A stretch of DNA of 64,000 bases from Myxococcota bacterium. Its GTDB lineage: Bacteria > Myxococcota_A > SURF-8. Positions 28,158 through 37,383 of the stretch are shown piece after piece (position 1 is the first letter of the stretch; each line of letters begins with the position of its first letter). Position numbers and translations under genes: made by a program. The notes under the pieces are model-generated. The model was not told where the DNA came from, made no database searches, and was given only the letters and a program-made list of their open reading frames with translations. The DNA lies in NCBI GenBank assembly GCA_965140415.1, contig OZ223209.1, positions 2,247,928-2,311,927 of the forward strand. Direction: 5' to 3'.

Positions 28158-28186
28158 GCGGCAAGGGGTAGAATACCCGAGTATCC
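28158..28186 (+). promoter_or_regulatory. Candidate sigma-70 promoter (TTGAGA, 16 nt spacer, TAGAAT) upstream of the kinase gene.
   Basis: Motifs seen directly in the sequence. Confidence 0.35.
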
Positions 28187-28238
28187 GGTAGTTGATGTAT
28201 GTTGTCGGGAAAGAAAACCGTAGACAAGTTGTGGAGGA

Positions 28239-30113
28239 GTGTCCGTGATTGATTGCCCGCGCTGTGGCCGCGAAAATCAGGATGACGCCCGTTTTTGTGT
28301 GGGTTGTGGAGAAAACCTCGCTTCCGTATCCAAAAAACAGCGGGAGAAAAAAGACACTTACCTGGGCCAGGTGCTCGATGGGAAGTATCTCATCTTGGAG
28401 CATTTGGGCGATGGCGGTATGGGTAAGGTGTACAAAGCCGAGCAGCTTTCTCTGAATAAAATCGTGGCTGTAAAAATTCTGTTGAAAAGCCTGCTGCAAA
28501 ACGAAACGCAGGTCAAGCGTTTCCAGCGTGAAGCTTGGTCTGCCTCGCGTCTGGATCACCCTCACTCCATCGGCATCATCGACTTTGGAACCACCGAAGA
28601 CGAAAGCCAGTTCATTGTAATGGAGTACCTGGAAGGGCGCGAACTGACCGATGTCATTACGGAAGACTTCCCGTTGCAACCGGATCGAATCGTCAAGATT
28701 CTGGGCCAGGTGCTTTCCGTGTTGCATGAAGCTCACCAGAATAAAATCATTCATCGGGATTTGAAACCCGATAACATCATGCTTATCCAGCGCGCCGAAG
28801 AAGAGGACTACGTCAAGGTGCTGGATTTCGGTATCGCCAAATTGCAGGAACGCGATCCCAATCAACCGGCATTGACGATGCAGGGGATTGTTTGCGGAAC
28901 GCCGGAGTATATGTCCCCCGAACAGGCGATGGGCAAAGAGCTGGATGTCCGCACGGACATCTATTCGGCGGGTTGCATTCTCTACGAAATGCTGACACGG
29001 CATGTTCCCTTTGAAGCGAATAATTACCAGGCCATTTTAGGAATGCACATTCGGGAAACTCCCCGCAGACCTTCCGAGGCCTGGCCGAATTGCGAAATTC
29101 CGTTGAAGCTGGAAGAAGTTGCGCTGATCGCCATGCAGAAAGAGCGCGATTTGCGTTTCCCCGATGCGCTGGCGATGAAACGGGCATTGGAATTGGCGCT
29201 GCATGAACCGGACCCGGAAATGATGCAGCCGCCTGTGCGCGCCGTCAATCAGGGTGGTAAGACCATGTTGATGGGTGCCGATACTGCGGAGAAAGCCGGG
29301 TATGGTCCTACTCAGGTAGATCCACCGGAAGTCGCTGCGGAAGCGGTGGAAATGCCTCCTCCTTCGCCTATCGTTCACACGACGTTGGAGCAGATGTCCG
29401 CAAGCAAGGAGCCTGCTGCTACGACTCCACCCAAAGCGACTCCCAAGCCAACACCGAAAGCGACGCCGGTTTCCATTCCGACAGAAGACTTTGCCGTTCC
29501 CGGTTCGGGAAAAGGCAAGATGATTGCGGTTACCCTTGTATTGCTGATCGCGACGGTGGCCGGACTTTACATGATTTTCGGGATGAAACCGGAAAGCGAA
29601 GAACCTGCTCAACTTGCGGATGCCAAGCCGGAAAAGCAAGTGGAAGCCAAGGAAACCGGGTTGGTTACGAAAACGGCGGAAGAACTGGCTGCCGAAGCGG
29701 AAAAACAGGAACAGCAAAAAGAGATAGAAGCAAAAACAGAAACATCTCCTTCCGGCAAGGATAAAGCGGATGCTGAAACTATAGCTGCAAAGACAGAAGA
29801 CAAGCCGGAGAAAAAACAGCGTACGGATCGTAAAAAGCGACTGACCGCAATTGAAAAGCAAAAATTGTCGATGGAGTATTACGAACGCGGCAACAAGGCG
29901 TTTGGCGCAGGAAATGTCGAGTCCGCGATTCGCAACTATTCGCTAGCCAAAAAATACAATCCAAAATCTTCCAGGGTATATAAAAAGCTTGGAATGGCTT
30001 ACCTGAAGCAGGGGGACAAACGAAAAGCCAGAAACAATTTCAAGAAATATCTGGATTTGTCACCCAAGGCAAAAGACGCCCAGCGCATCCGTGAACTGTA
30101 TCAGTCCTTATGA
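28239..30113 (+). CDS. Hanks-type Ser/Thr protein kinase with an N-terminal zinc ribbon, a single TM, a charged coiled region and C-terminal TPR repeats.
   Basis: CPRCGREN…CVGCGE zinc ribbon. Kinase motifs GDGGMGKVYKA, HRDLKPDNIM, DFGIAK, GTPEYMSPE. TM MIAVTLVLLIATVAGLYMIFG. TPR-like C-terminus (YYERGNKAF…AYLKQGDKRKA). Confidence 0.9.
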   Translation: MSVIDCPRCGRENQDDARFCVGCGENLASVSKKQREKKDTYLGQVLDGKYLILEHLGDGGMGKVYKAEQLSLNKIVAVKILLKSLLQNETQVKRFQREAWSASRLDHPHSIGIIDFGTTEDESQFIVMEYLEGRELTDVITEDFPLQPDRIVKILGQVLSVLHEAHQNKIIHRDLKPDNIMLIQRAEEEDYVKVLDFGIAKLQERDPNQPALTMQGIVCGTPEYMSPEQAMGKELDVRTDIYSAGCILYEMLTRHVPFEANNYQAILGMHIRETPRRPSEAWPNCEIPLKLEEVALIAMQKERDLRFPDALAMKRALELALHEPDPEMMQPPVRAVNQGGKTMLMGADTAEKAGYGPTQVDPPEVAAEAVEMPPPSPIVHTTLEQMSASKEPAATTPPKATPKPTPKATPVSIPTEDFAVPGSGKGKMIAVTLVLLIATVAGLYMIFGMKPESEEPAQLADAKPEKQVEAKETGLVTKTAEELAAEAEKQEQQKEIEAKTETSPSGKDKADAETIAAKTEDKPEKKQRTDRKKRLTAIEKQKLSMEYYERGNKAFGAGNVESAIRNYSLAKKYNPKSSRVYKKLGMAYLKQGDKRKARNNFKKYLDLSPKAKDAQRIRELYQSL

Positions 30114-30989
30114 TCCACGCCGGAGTACCCGTGTCCAAAGAAGCGTAATCACTGCGGTTGTCATCGCTCCTAAAAACAAGAACGACAGTGCCAGAGCCAT
30201 GATGGTGTGAAGGATCAGTGTCCAGCCGGTCAGATCGGGAATGGACAGAGCCGTCACCCGGTTCAAGGCGGTCACCGTGAACATTGTCAGGAACAATGCG
30301 GCTGCCAATATCAGTGCCGGTCCCCAGAACCCTTCGAAATCGCTTTTGGAAGGAGACAAGTGAACCGCAAGTGAAATCATCGAAACCAAGTACAGCCAGA
30401 ACGACCATTCTCCCAGGTTATCTTTGTTTAACAGCACTTCATAAAACTGCTGAAAGTAATGGAACCATGCTTTACCCAGTTCATTAAGCCCGGCGGCACT
30501 GGAGACGGTTGACCAGTTTGCCAGCGGTAACTGGTCCGGCTTCATGAGAAACTGGGGATAGAAATGGGAGGTCAGCAGGTAAATTGCCAGCGATCCTCCG
30601 AAAAACGGGGCTAGACTGATTAACGTGTTGCCGATCACTCGCTGATAGAAGCTGCCGGTATTATAACTGTGTTTCACATATCCCAGCGATCCGGTTTTGT
30701 GATCCGGCTTGAACAGGGCGAAGTCTTCGATCCGGTTGCGCCCCAGCCAGCAGCCGATGACGTGGGAGAATTCATGGACGGGCGTTCCCAGCCAGGCCAG
30801 CGCCAACACGCCGCGCCAACCAAAGGAAAGATAGAGTTGACGATTCATCCAGCGACCGATGAAAAGCAGCACAAGGCACAAAATAACAACTGGAAGCACC
30901 GTAGAACCCAGAAACAACAAGGTGTTCCCAACTGATTCGGAGAAAAGCGGAAGCAGGGTGTCCGGAAGACTGGAAAGAAAAGTCGGCAT
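30108..30989 (-). CDS. Polytopic membrane putative zincin metallopeptidase (DUF3267-like; HExxH).
   Basis: Several TM helices. HEFSH (HExxH) motif in VHEFSHVIGCWLG. The 3' end overlaps the kinase 3' end by 6 nt (convergent). Confidence 0.55.
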   Translation of the reverse strand: MPTFLSSLPDTLLPLFSESVGNTLLFLGSTVLPVVILCLVLLFIGRWMNRQLYLSFGWRGVLALAWLGTPVHEFSHVIGCWLGRNRIEDFALFKPDHKTGSLGYVKHSYNTGSFYQRVIGNTLISLAPFFGGSLAIYLLTSHFYPQFLMKPDQLPLANWSTVSSAAGLNELGKAWFHYFQQFYEVLLNKDNLGEWSFWLYLVSMISLAVHLSPSKSDFEGFWGPALILAAALFLTMFTVTALNRVTALSIPDLTGWTLILHTIMALALSFLFLGAMTTAVITLLWTRVLRRGS

Positions 30990-31106
30990 GGTGGTTTCGG
31001 CTTTATTCCCTCCGTTAGCAATGATCCTGAGTGCAAATCCTGCTAAAGCTTAGCGCAAGCGGAATGCGCTGGCTAGTCTTTTTCATAGGTACTGTTGAGA
31101 TGAAAA

Positions 31107-32249
31107 TCAGCAGAACCGGAAGGTGGATTCCTGGGTGTAGCCGTTTTCCAACCCAAACTCATCCAGCCAGTCCAAGGCGCGTTCGTATTCTTCCTCTGTG
31201 ATCTGGCGATTCATTCCCTCGATTTTCGTGGCTTTGTGCGCCGGGAAATACTGCGCCATCAAACTAAGAGTCGTTTCTTTGGATAGTTCCGTTGCAATGA
31301 ACTTGAGCACCTCCCGGGTGCCGCTTTGATCATCGGGCAGTACCAGGTGCCGCACGATCATGCCCCGCGTTGCAAGGCCGTCTTCGTTTTGTTCGAGAAG
31401 GCCAACCTGTCGATGCATTTCCTGCACCGCTTTGCGGGCGATGTCCCAGTAGCCGGGGGCGGCGCTTAATCGCTTGGAGTGGACATCGCTGCTGTATTTG
31501 ATATCGGGCAGGTAGATGTCCACAATGCCTTCCAGTTGACATAGGGTTTCCACTCGCTCATAGGCGTTGGAATTCCATACGATCGGGATCGTCAACCCTT
31601 CCTTGGATGCAAGGTGAATGGCACGGACGATGGCGGCGGTGTAATGCGTTGGAGATACGAAATTGATGTTATGGGCTCCGCGCTTCTGCAAGGCCAGCAT
31701 CATGGTCGCCAGGCCCTCTTCATCCGTTGCTTTGCCATTACCCAGTTGGCTGATCGGGTAGTTCTGGCAAAACACACAGCGCAGGTTGCAGTAAGTCAGA
31801 AAGATCGTTCCCGAGCCATTGGCGCCGGTAATCGGAGGTTCTTCTCCGAAGTGAAGGTTGTGTGAAGATACGAACAATGATCTGGGTGCGCGACAGACTC
31901 CCAGTTTCTCGATCCGGTCTACATGGCACAGGCGTGGACAGATCTCGCAGTTGCGCTCCAACTCTTGCAAGGCTTGTAACTTCGATTGCCATTCTGTTTC
32001 GCTGAGCTTACGGTGCGAGGCTGTCATGGTGGTTGTTCTGGAGATGCTCGTCGTTGTAAATGCGCTTTGGATCGACATGTCCATAGCGCTGGGAATCCAT
32101 CCAGCATTTCTGTAATTTAAGGAAAACCGGGCGGAAATCTTCCGTAACTTCCTTGCGTAGCAACTTGAAGGTTTTTCGAATGAATTTCGATGCTTGTGCA
32201 GGATGATGCACGAAGGCCTGCATAAAGTGGATTTTATCGTTCTTTGCAA
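31107..32249 (-). CDS. Radical SAM enzyme, PflX/AmmeMemoRadiSam-like.
   Basis: N-terminal Cys cluster CEICPRLCHV…GVC, followed by CNLRCVFCQN (CxxxCxxC). The ORF-track start overlaps the upstream gene by 242 nt. The probable true start is M75 (~32027), giving ~306 aa and a ~20-nt overlap (translational coupling). Confidence 0.72.
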   Translation of the reverse strand: MQRTIKSTLCRPSCIILHKHRNSFEKPSSCYARKLRKISARFSLNYRNAGWIPSAMDMSIQSAFTTTSISRTTTMTASHRKLSETEWQSKLQALQELERNCEICPRLCHVDRIEKLGVCRAPRSLFVSSHNLHFGEEPPITGANGSGTIFLTYCNLRCVFCQNYPISQLGNGKATDEEGLATMMLALQKRGAHNINFVSPTHYTAAIVRAIHLASKEGLTIPIVWNSNAYERVETLCQLEGIVDIYLPDIKYSSDVHSKRLSAAPGYWDIARKAVQEMHRQVGLLEQNEDGLATRGMIVRHLVLPDDQSGTREVLKFIATELSKETTLSLMAQYFPAHKATKIEGMNRQITEEEYERALDWLDEFGLENGYTQESTFRFC

Positions 32250-32670
32250 ACAGGCGTGCTTCGAAAAGGCTGCCTTTGGTTAAGGCGACCAAGGTTCTTC
32301 GTTCGGTGACGGTATACTGGCTCTGGTCGCACAGATCACGTAATACAACCTGATTCAATTTCGGTTTGATGCGGCGCACTTCGAACATGCCATGAATCGG
32401 CTGGCTGAATGCCTTAAGGGTTTCCATATCCATTTCGCTAGGCTCGGAACCAAGCGTTTGCCGGTAATAGTCGATGGCGGAGGGATTTTCCCTGAACGGT
32501 CGATCGAAGAGAAACCATTCCAGATAGTTCGTTACTCGATCTTCATAAAAAGCGTCATCTTCGAAAATTTCACCGGTTTGCAGGAAGAAATCCTTGCGGG
32601 CCAGTTGAAGTTCTTCTGGAAAGCGTTCGTTGAAGAAACTGATAATGGATTCGAAATATTCCTGGTACAC
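32008..32670 (-). CDS. Hypothetical 220-aa cytoplasmic protein, co-transcribed and coupled with the radical SAM gene.
   Basis: No TM and no motifs I recognise. It is neither AMMECR1-like nor Memo-like. It runs into the rSAM gene on the same strand. Confidence 0.45.
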   Translation of the reverse strand: MYQEYFESIISFFNERFPEELQLARKDFFLQTGEIFEDDAFYEDRVTNYLEWFLFDRPFRENPSAIDYYRQTLGSEPSEMDMETLKAFSQPIHGMFEVRRIKPKLNQVVLRDLCDQSQYTVTERRTLVALTKGSLFEARLFAKNDKIHFMQAFVHHPAQASKFIRKTFKLLRKEVTEDFRPVFLKLQKCWMDSQRYGHVDPKRIYNDEHLQNNHHDSLAP

Positions 32671-32862
32671 GGTGTATCACCTATTCCCACGTTGCAACGG
32701 GGCAGGATGTTAATGAATATAATGAATGAATGCAAGCGAAATTGAACTCATCGAAGCATGAAAGTGCTCTATTTTGTGTGCAAAATTGGGTACTGGAATG
32801 AATCTTCCAGAAATAATAAGGGATTACGTTAAATCTTCCCGGAAAACGTGTAATGAAAATGG

Positions 32863-32875
32863 TTGTTGACAACAA
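32863..32875. promoter_or_regulatory. 13-bp perfect palindrome TTGTTGACAACAA in the divergent intergenic region.
   Basis: Seen directly. It contains a TTGACA −35-like hexamer and lies between the hypothetical/rSAM operon (−) and mltF (+). Confidence 0.3.
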
Positions 32876-33054
32876 ATGGAAGGAATGATACCAGATCTCT
32901 GCCTCTCCTATGACTATGTAGGGCAGGTTTTTCTGTTTGGTGGCTTTGGGAGCAGAATTGGCGGAACTTTAAAAGAAAGATCATTTGATTGACCCGACTG
33001 AGGCATACTGGTACCCTGAAATGGGTGGATGGGGCGATTAAGGACAGATAATAC

Positions 33055-35220
33055 GTGACGAATCGAGTGCATCACATTGCCGCGGCGCTGCTGTGGACTC
33101 TCTTGATTTTGGGAGCCTGCCAGTCTAAAGAGGCGCCTGTTGAAAAGCCGGCGGAGATAGCTCCGACGCCTGCTCCCAAAGCGATATCCAGCTATATCGA
33201 AACCGGTGACTTGCAGAGTATCGCAGAACGCGGCGAGATCCGTATCCTCATGCCCAAGGACGATTCCATCGAATTCCTCCCCAGAGGCGGGATGCCCTTG
33301 GACCGGGAACGACAGCAGACATCCGCTTTTGCCGAGCAGCTTGGTTTGAAACCGGTTTTCATTCCGCTTGAAGGTCACGCCCAATTGATTCCTTATCTTT
33401 TGGCTGGCAAGGGAGATGTGGTTGCCGCCCGTATGACGGTGACCGAGCAGCGCAAGGAAAGCGTAGCATTTACCGTGCCGCTGCGCATGGTCAAGGAAGT
33501 CGTTGTTGTACGGCCCGAGAATAATTCGATTACCAAGCTAGAAGATTTAGCCGGGAAAACAGTTGCGGTACGGCGCTCCTCGTCGTATTGGGAGACGTTG
33601 ACGAAACTACAGGAAGAAATTCCGAACATCACTTTGAAGCCGCTCTCGGAAAGTATGGATACCGAGCAGATTCTGTATCGGTTGGCGGTTGGGCAGTTTG
33701 ATGTGACTGTTTCCGATGACAATATCGTCAAGGAAGTGATGACCTACCGCTCCAATCTCAAGATCGCCTGCGAGTTGCCCGGTGAGCGGGCGGTGGCATG
33801 GGCGGTTCGACCGGATGCGGAAGAATTGCTGGAGTCACTGAATTCGTACATCATGAAGAAGCAACTGTCGAATCCTGTAAGTGCCATTCATTTCGGGGAC
33901 TTCTCGAAAATCAAGGAACGCAAAGTGCTGCGGGTGCTGACCCGCAACAGTGCGTCGACCTATTTTCTTTGGCGTGGAGAAATCCTGGGATTTGAACACG
34001 AACTGGCGATGGCGTTTGCCAAGGAACATGACCTGCGCGTCGAGATGGTTGTGCCTCCCAATCGAGAAGACCTGATTCCCTGGTTATTGGAAGGGAAGGG
34101 GGATCTGGTGGCGGCATCGCTGACCGCGACGGAGGAAAGAAAGAAGATTACGAGTTTGACCTTCTCGCGCCCCTATCACATCGTCAGCGAACTGGTTGTG
34201 GCGCGTTCCAATGAAAAAAGCCTGCATGACGTTCAGGATCTGGCCGGGCGCACGGTTGTGGTTCGAAAGAGCAGCAGTTACTGGGATACCTTGCAGCATT
34301 TGATTGCCTCGGGTATTGAGATCAATGTTGAAGCTGCACCGGAGAATATGGAAACCGAGGAAATCATCGCCCGTGTCGCGCGTGGGGAATACGACTTGAC
34401 GGTGGCCGATAGCCACATCGTTGAGATCGAGATGACCTGGCGGGAAGATATCAAGTCCGTATTCGCACTGGGTGAGCCGGTATCGCACGGTTGGGTAATG
34501 CGAACTGCCAATACGGAGCTGATAGAGGCAGTCAATCAATTCTTCGATCGTCAGTATAAAAGCCGATTCTATAATCGCATATATAAGAAGTATTTCAAAA
34601 ATCCTCGCCGAATCAAACAGCGCAATGAGCGCCGTCCTGCGGTGACTGGGCAGTTGTCTCCATTCGATGAGATCGTAAAGCGCAATGCAGAAAAATACGA
34701 TATGGATTGGCGCTTGATCGTTTCGATGATCTATCAGGAAAGCAATTTCAATCCCAATGCACGTTCATGGGCTGGTGCGGTCGGTTTGATGCAGCTATTG
34801 CCGCGTACAGCGGAAGAAATGGGATTTCATCATCTGACACATCCGGAAAGCAATATCCGAGCGGGGTTGATGTACCTTGTGCGTATGTGGAATCGCTTCG
34901 ATTCGGAGATTTCCGTTCGGGATCGCATGTGGTTTTCATTGGCATCCTACAACGCCGGTTACGGGCATGTTTTCGATGCGCGTAGATTGGCCAAGCAGTT
35001 GGGTTACAATCCAAATCGATGGTTTAACCATGTTGAGAAAGCGATGCTACTGCTTTCTCGTCCCCGCTACGCCAGAAGAGCTCGTTATGGATATTGCCGT
35101 GGACAGGAGCCGGTGCAGTATGTACAGGAAATTCGAGATCGCTACTATGCCTATTTGAGTTTGGAAACCTACGAACCGCAAACAGCCGCCTCCGAAAACG
35201 AAGCCACGTCCGCACCGTAA
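33055..35220 (+). CDS. mltF: Membrane-bound lytic murein transglycosylase F-like lipoprotein (two SBP_bac_3 solute-binding domains plus a C-terminal SLT domain).
   Basis: Lipobox LILGAC. Two repeated family-3 periplasmic binding-domain units (…LLAGKGDVVAARMTVTEQRKE… and …LLEGKGDLVAASLTATEERKK…). SLT catalytic region ESNFNPNARSWAGAVGLMQLLPRTA. Confidence 0.8.
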   Translation: MTNRVHHIAAALLWTLLILGACQSKEAPVEKPAEIAPTPAPKAISSYIETGDLQSIAERGEIRILMPKDDSIEFLPRGGMPLDRERQQTSAFAEQLGLKPVFIPLEGHAQLIPYLLAGKGDVVAARMTVTEQRKESVAFTVPLRMVKEVVVVRPENNSITKLEDLAGKTVAVRRSSSYWETLTKLQEEIPNITLKPLSESMDTEQILYRLAVGQFDVTVSDDNIVKEVMTYRSNLKIACELPGERAVAWAVRPDAEELLESLNSYIMKKQLSNPVSAIHFGDFSKIKERKVLRVLTRNSASTYFLWRGEILGFEHELAMAFAKEHDLRVEMVVPPNREDLIPWLLEGKGDLVAASLTATEERKKITSLTFSRPYHIVSELVVARSNEKSLHDVQDLAGRTVVVRKSSSYWDTLQHLIASGIEINVEAAPENMETEEIIARVARGEYDLTVADSHIVEIEMTWREDIKSVFALGEPVSHGWVMRTANTELIEAVNQFFDRQYKSRFYNRIYKKYFKNPRRIKQRNERRPAVTGQLSPFDEIVKRNAEKYDMDWRLIVSMIYQESNFNPNARSWAGAVGLMQLLPRTAEEMGFHHLTHPESNIRAGLMYLVRMWNRFDSEISVRDRMWFSLASYNAGYGHVFDARRLAKQLGYNPNRWFNHVEKAMLLLSRPRYARRARYGYCRGQEPVQYVQEIRDRYYAYLSLETYEPQTAASENEATSAP

Positions 35221-35334
35221 TCGTCAAAGTGGTTTCTCTCTCTAAAACGTTGCCTTCTATTTCCTTAATCCCATTTTGCCCTTCATTATGGAGTTGTGGT
35301 ATACCTCTAGCAATATGATGAGCCAAGGTGACGT

Positions 35335-37347
35335 GTGATGGGGCGATACCAGCAGTTTGAAACAGCATTACATTCATGGTGGGCGTTTGCCTTGCTGCTT
35401 GTATTGGTTACAGTGATACAGGCGCCTGCATTGCAGAATGGTTTCGTTTACGACGATGATTTGGCCATCGTTAACAATTCACTGGTTACCCAAGCCCGCT
35501 ACACTGACATCTGGACATCGGATATATGGGGAACGACAGGAGAAGTAACAACCGGCACGTATCGTCCTTTGATGGTGACATCCTTTGCACTGCAATGGGC
35601 TTTTTCTCCAAATTCGTCTTTCTCTTTTCACCTTGTCAATCTGATATTGTTGTTACTCACGCTTACCGTTTTATTCCTATTTCTGCGTGATCGTTTCCCT
35701 GTGCCGATTGCCTGGCTGGCAGTTGCCGGATTGGCATTGCATCCGGTCAACAGCGAAGTGTTTTATAATATTGTACAACGCTCCGAATTGATGGCGGCTC
35801 TATTCGGTTTGGGTTATTTGCATTGTACGCTTCCCGCAAATGGTCGAGAGCCAAGCCTGGCGCGCCAATTCATTGGTCTTTTTTTATTGGTGTTTGCCTT
35901 GTTTTCAAAAGAAAACGCCATTGTTTTTCCGGCTCTATTTATTTTGCTTGCAATTGGCTTGCCGGATGCCTCCTCGAATTGGAAACAGCGTATCAGGCGT
36001 ATGCTGCCGGTGATGGTCGCTTCGCTTGTATTGGTTTCATGCTACCTGGTGCTGCGCCATGAGGTTTTACAGAGCTTTTCCCGGGAAGTGTCGCCGACCT
36101 TCAATCCTACCGTTGTGTTCGATCCGTTCTGGCGACACGCCAACAGCGCTTGGTTGGCGTTACGGTATGTGTTGCGCTATCTCTGGCCTTTGCCGCAGCC
36201 GATGGAATGGACCTACAATCAGTTACCGGTATTCGGTGCGGAAGGCTGGGCCTTTCTCCTTATGATCTGGCTGGTCGTACTTGGAGTAGGCTGGGTGAGC
36301 TTGAAAGGGGTGCTTAAACAGTCCTACTGGGCGCTGGGTGTGGCGTGGTTTGCATTGGCTATTGCACCGGTCGTGCAGGCTTTGGTTACGGTTACCGTCC
36401 TTTTCGCGGATCGCTGCATGTTTTTGCCTGGGATCGGTTTGAGTATTGCCGGGGCGTATGTAGTGTTGAATCTTTTTCAACGATGGGCAGGCAGACGACA
36501 ACTGGCGTGGTTGCTCTTCGCGCCATTACTATTGTTTGGAGCTTGGGCACAACTTCAGGTGCAGTCGAATTGGAGCGACAACCTAACCTTGTTCCGGGTT
36601 CTGGCGCAGAATTCGGATCGTTGCGCCAATGCCCAGGCCGGATACGGGAAATTCTTGTTTGCAAATGGGAACCTGGAGTTGGCGGAACAGCAGTTCTCTC
36701 GTGCGGCACATCTGGCACCGTCTTCACCCGGTTTCGGCCAATGGCTTGGGCGCGTGCAACTGCAACGAGGAAAACTGGAAGAGGCGTTGAAAACCTTTCA
36801 GATCGTGCGCGAAGGTGCGCATCCGCTGGATCGTGCCGCCTTGCAGCAGGAGCAGATCCAGTGGATAATCGGTTACGGTTTTAAACTTCTGGAATCAAAT
36901 GCAAAGCAGGCGCTTATGGTGTTCGATGAGGTTTTACGAATTGACAAACAACCTTATGATGCCTGGCTGGGAAGGGCTGTAGCGCTCTGTGAACTGAAGA
37001 AAAACGAGCAGGCGAAAGTAGCGATTGTCGAATTGCAGCGGCGTTTCCCAGATCAGCCTGAAAATGCCGCCAATCTTGCGCGACTCTATGACATGCAAGA
37101 GGAATTTCAGCAGGCGCTCGTGCAATACGATCTGGCGCTATCGCGTAAACCGGGTGATGCGGATATCAGGCGCAAACGGGCGATCATTTTGCGCAAACTT
37201 GGGCGCGGCTGGGAAGCACTGGAGGAATTGGGGAAACTATTGCGAGAAAACCCCAACGATCATGAGGCGCGACAGGAGTTCATGCGGCTGCGTGGTGCTA
37301 CCGACGAGGAATTCACGCGCAAAAAGCCCTTTCAGGATGTTGATTGA
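35335..37347 (+). CDS. Polytopic membrane protein (GT-C/DUF2723-like) with a C-terminal TPR-repeat domain.
   Basis: About 400 aa of TM helices, followed by TPR-like repeats (…AWLGRAVALCELKKNEQAKV…LARLYDMQEEFQQAL…). Confidence 0.6.
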   Translation: MMGRYQQFETALHSWWAFALLLVLVTVIQAPALQNGFVYDDDLAIVNNSLVTQARYTDIWTSDIWGTTGEVTTGTYRPLMVTSFALQWAFSPNSSFSFHLVNLILLLLTLTVLFLFLRDRFPVPIAWLAVAGLALHPVNSEVFYNIVQRSELMAALFGLGYLHCTLPANGREPSLARQFIGLFLLVFALFSKENAIVFPALFILLAIGLPDASSNWKQRIRRMLPVMVASLVLVSCYLVLRHEVLQSFSREVSPTFNPTVVFDPFWRHANSAWLALRYVLRYLWPLPQPMEWTYNQLPVFGAEGWAFLLMIWLVVLGVGWVSLKGVLKQSYWALGVAWFALAIAPVVQALVTVTVLFADRCMFLPGIGLSIAGAYVVLNLFQRWAGRRQLAWLLFAPLLLFGAWAQLQVQSNWSDNLTLFRVLAQNSDRCANAQAGYGKFLFANGNLELAEQQFSRAAHLAPSSPGFGQWLGRVQLQRGKLEEALKTFQIVREGAHPLDRAALQQEQIQWIIGYGFKLLESNAKQALMVFDEVLRIDKQPYDAWLGRAVALCELKKNEQAKVAIVELQRRFPDQPENAANLARLYDMQEEFQQALVQYDLALSRKPGDADIRRKRAIILRKLGRGWEALEELGKLLRENPNDHEARQEFMRLRGATDEEFTRKKPFQDVD

Positions 37348-37383
37348 GCCCACCTGGTGTTAGCCACAAATATAAAGTTCCAA

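Noticed and set aside
28101-29861. Long minus-strand ORFs (300 aa at 28101-29003 and 274 aa at 29037-29861) lying fully antisense to the Ser/Thr kinase gene.
   Set aside because: The plus-strand kinase has unambiguous catalytic motifs. The antisense ORFs are Arg/Phe-rich low-complexity translations typical of shadow ORFs in GC-skewed coding DNA.
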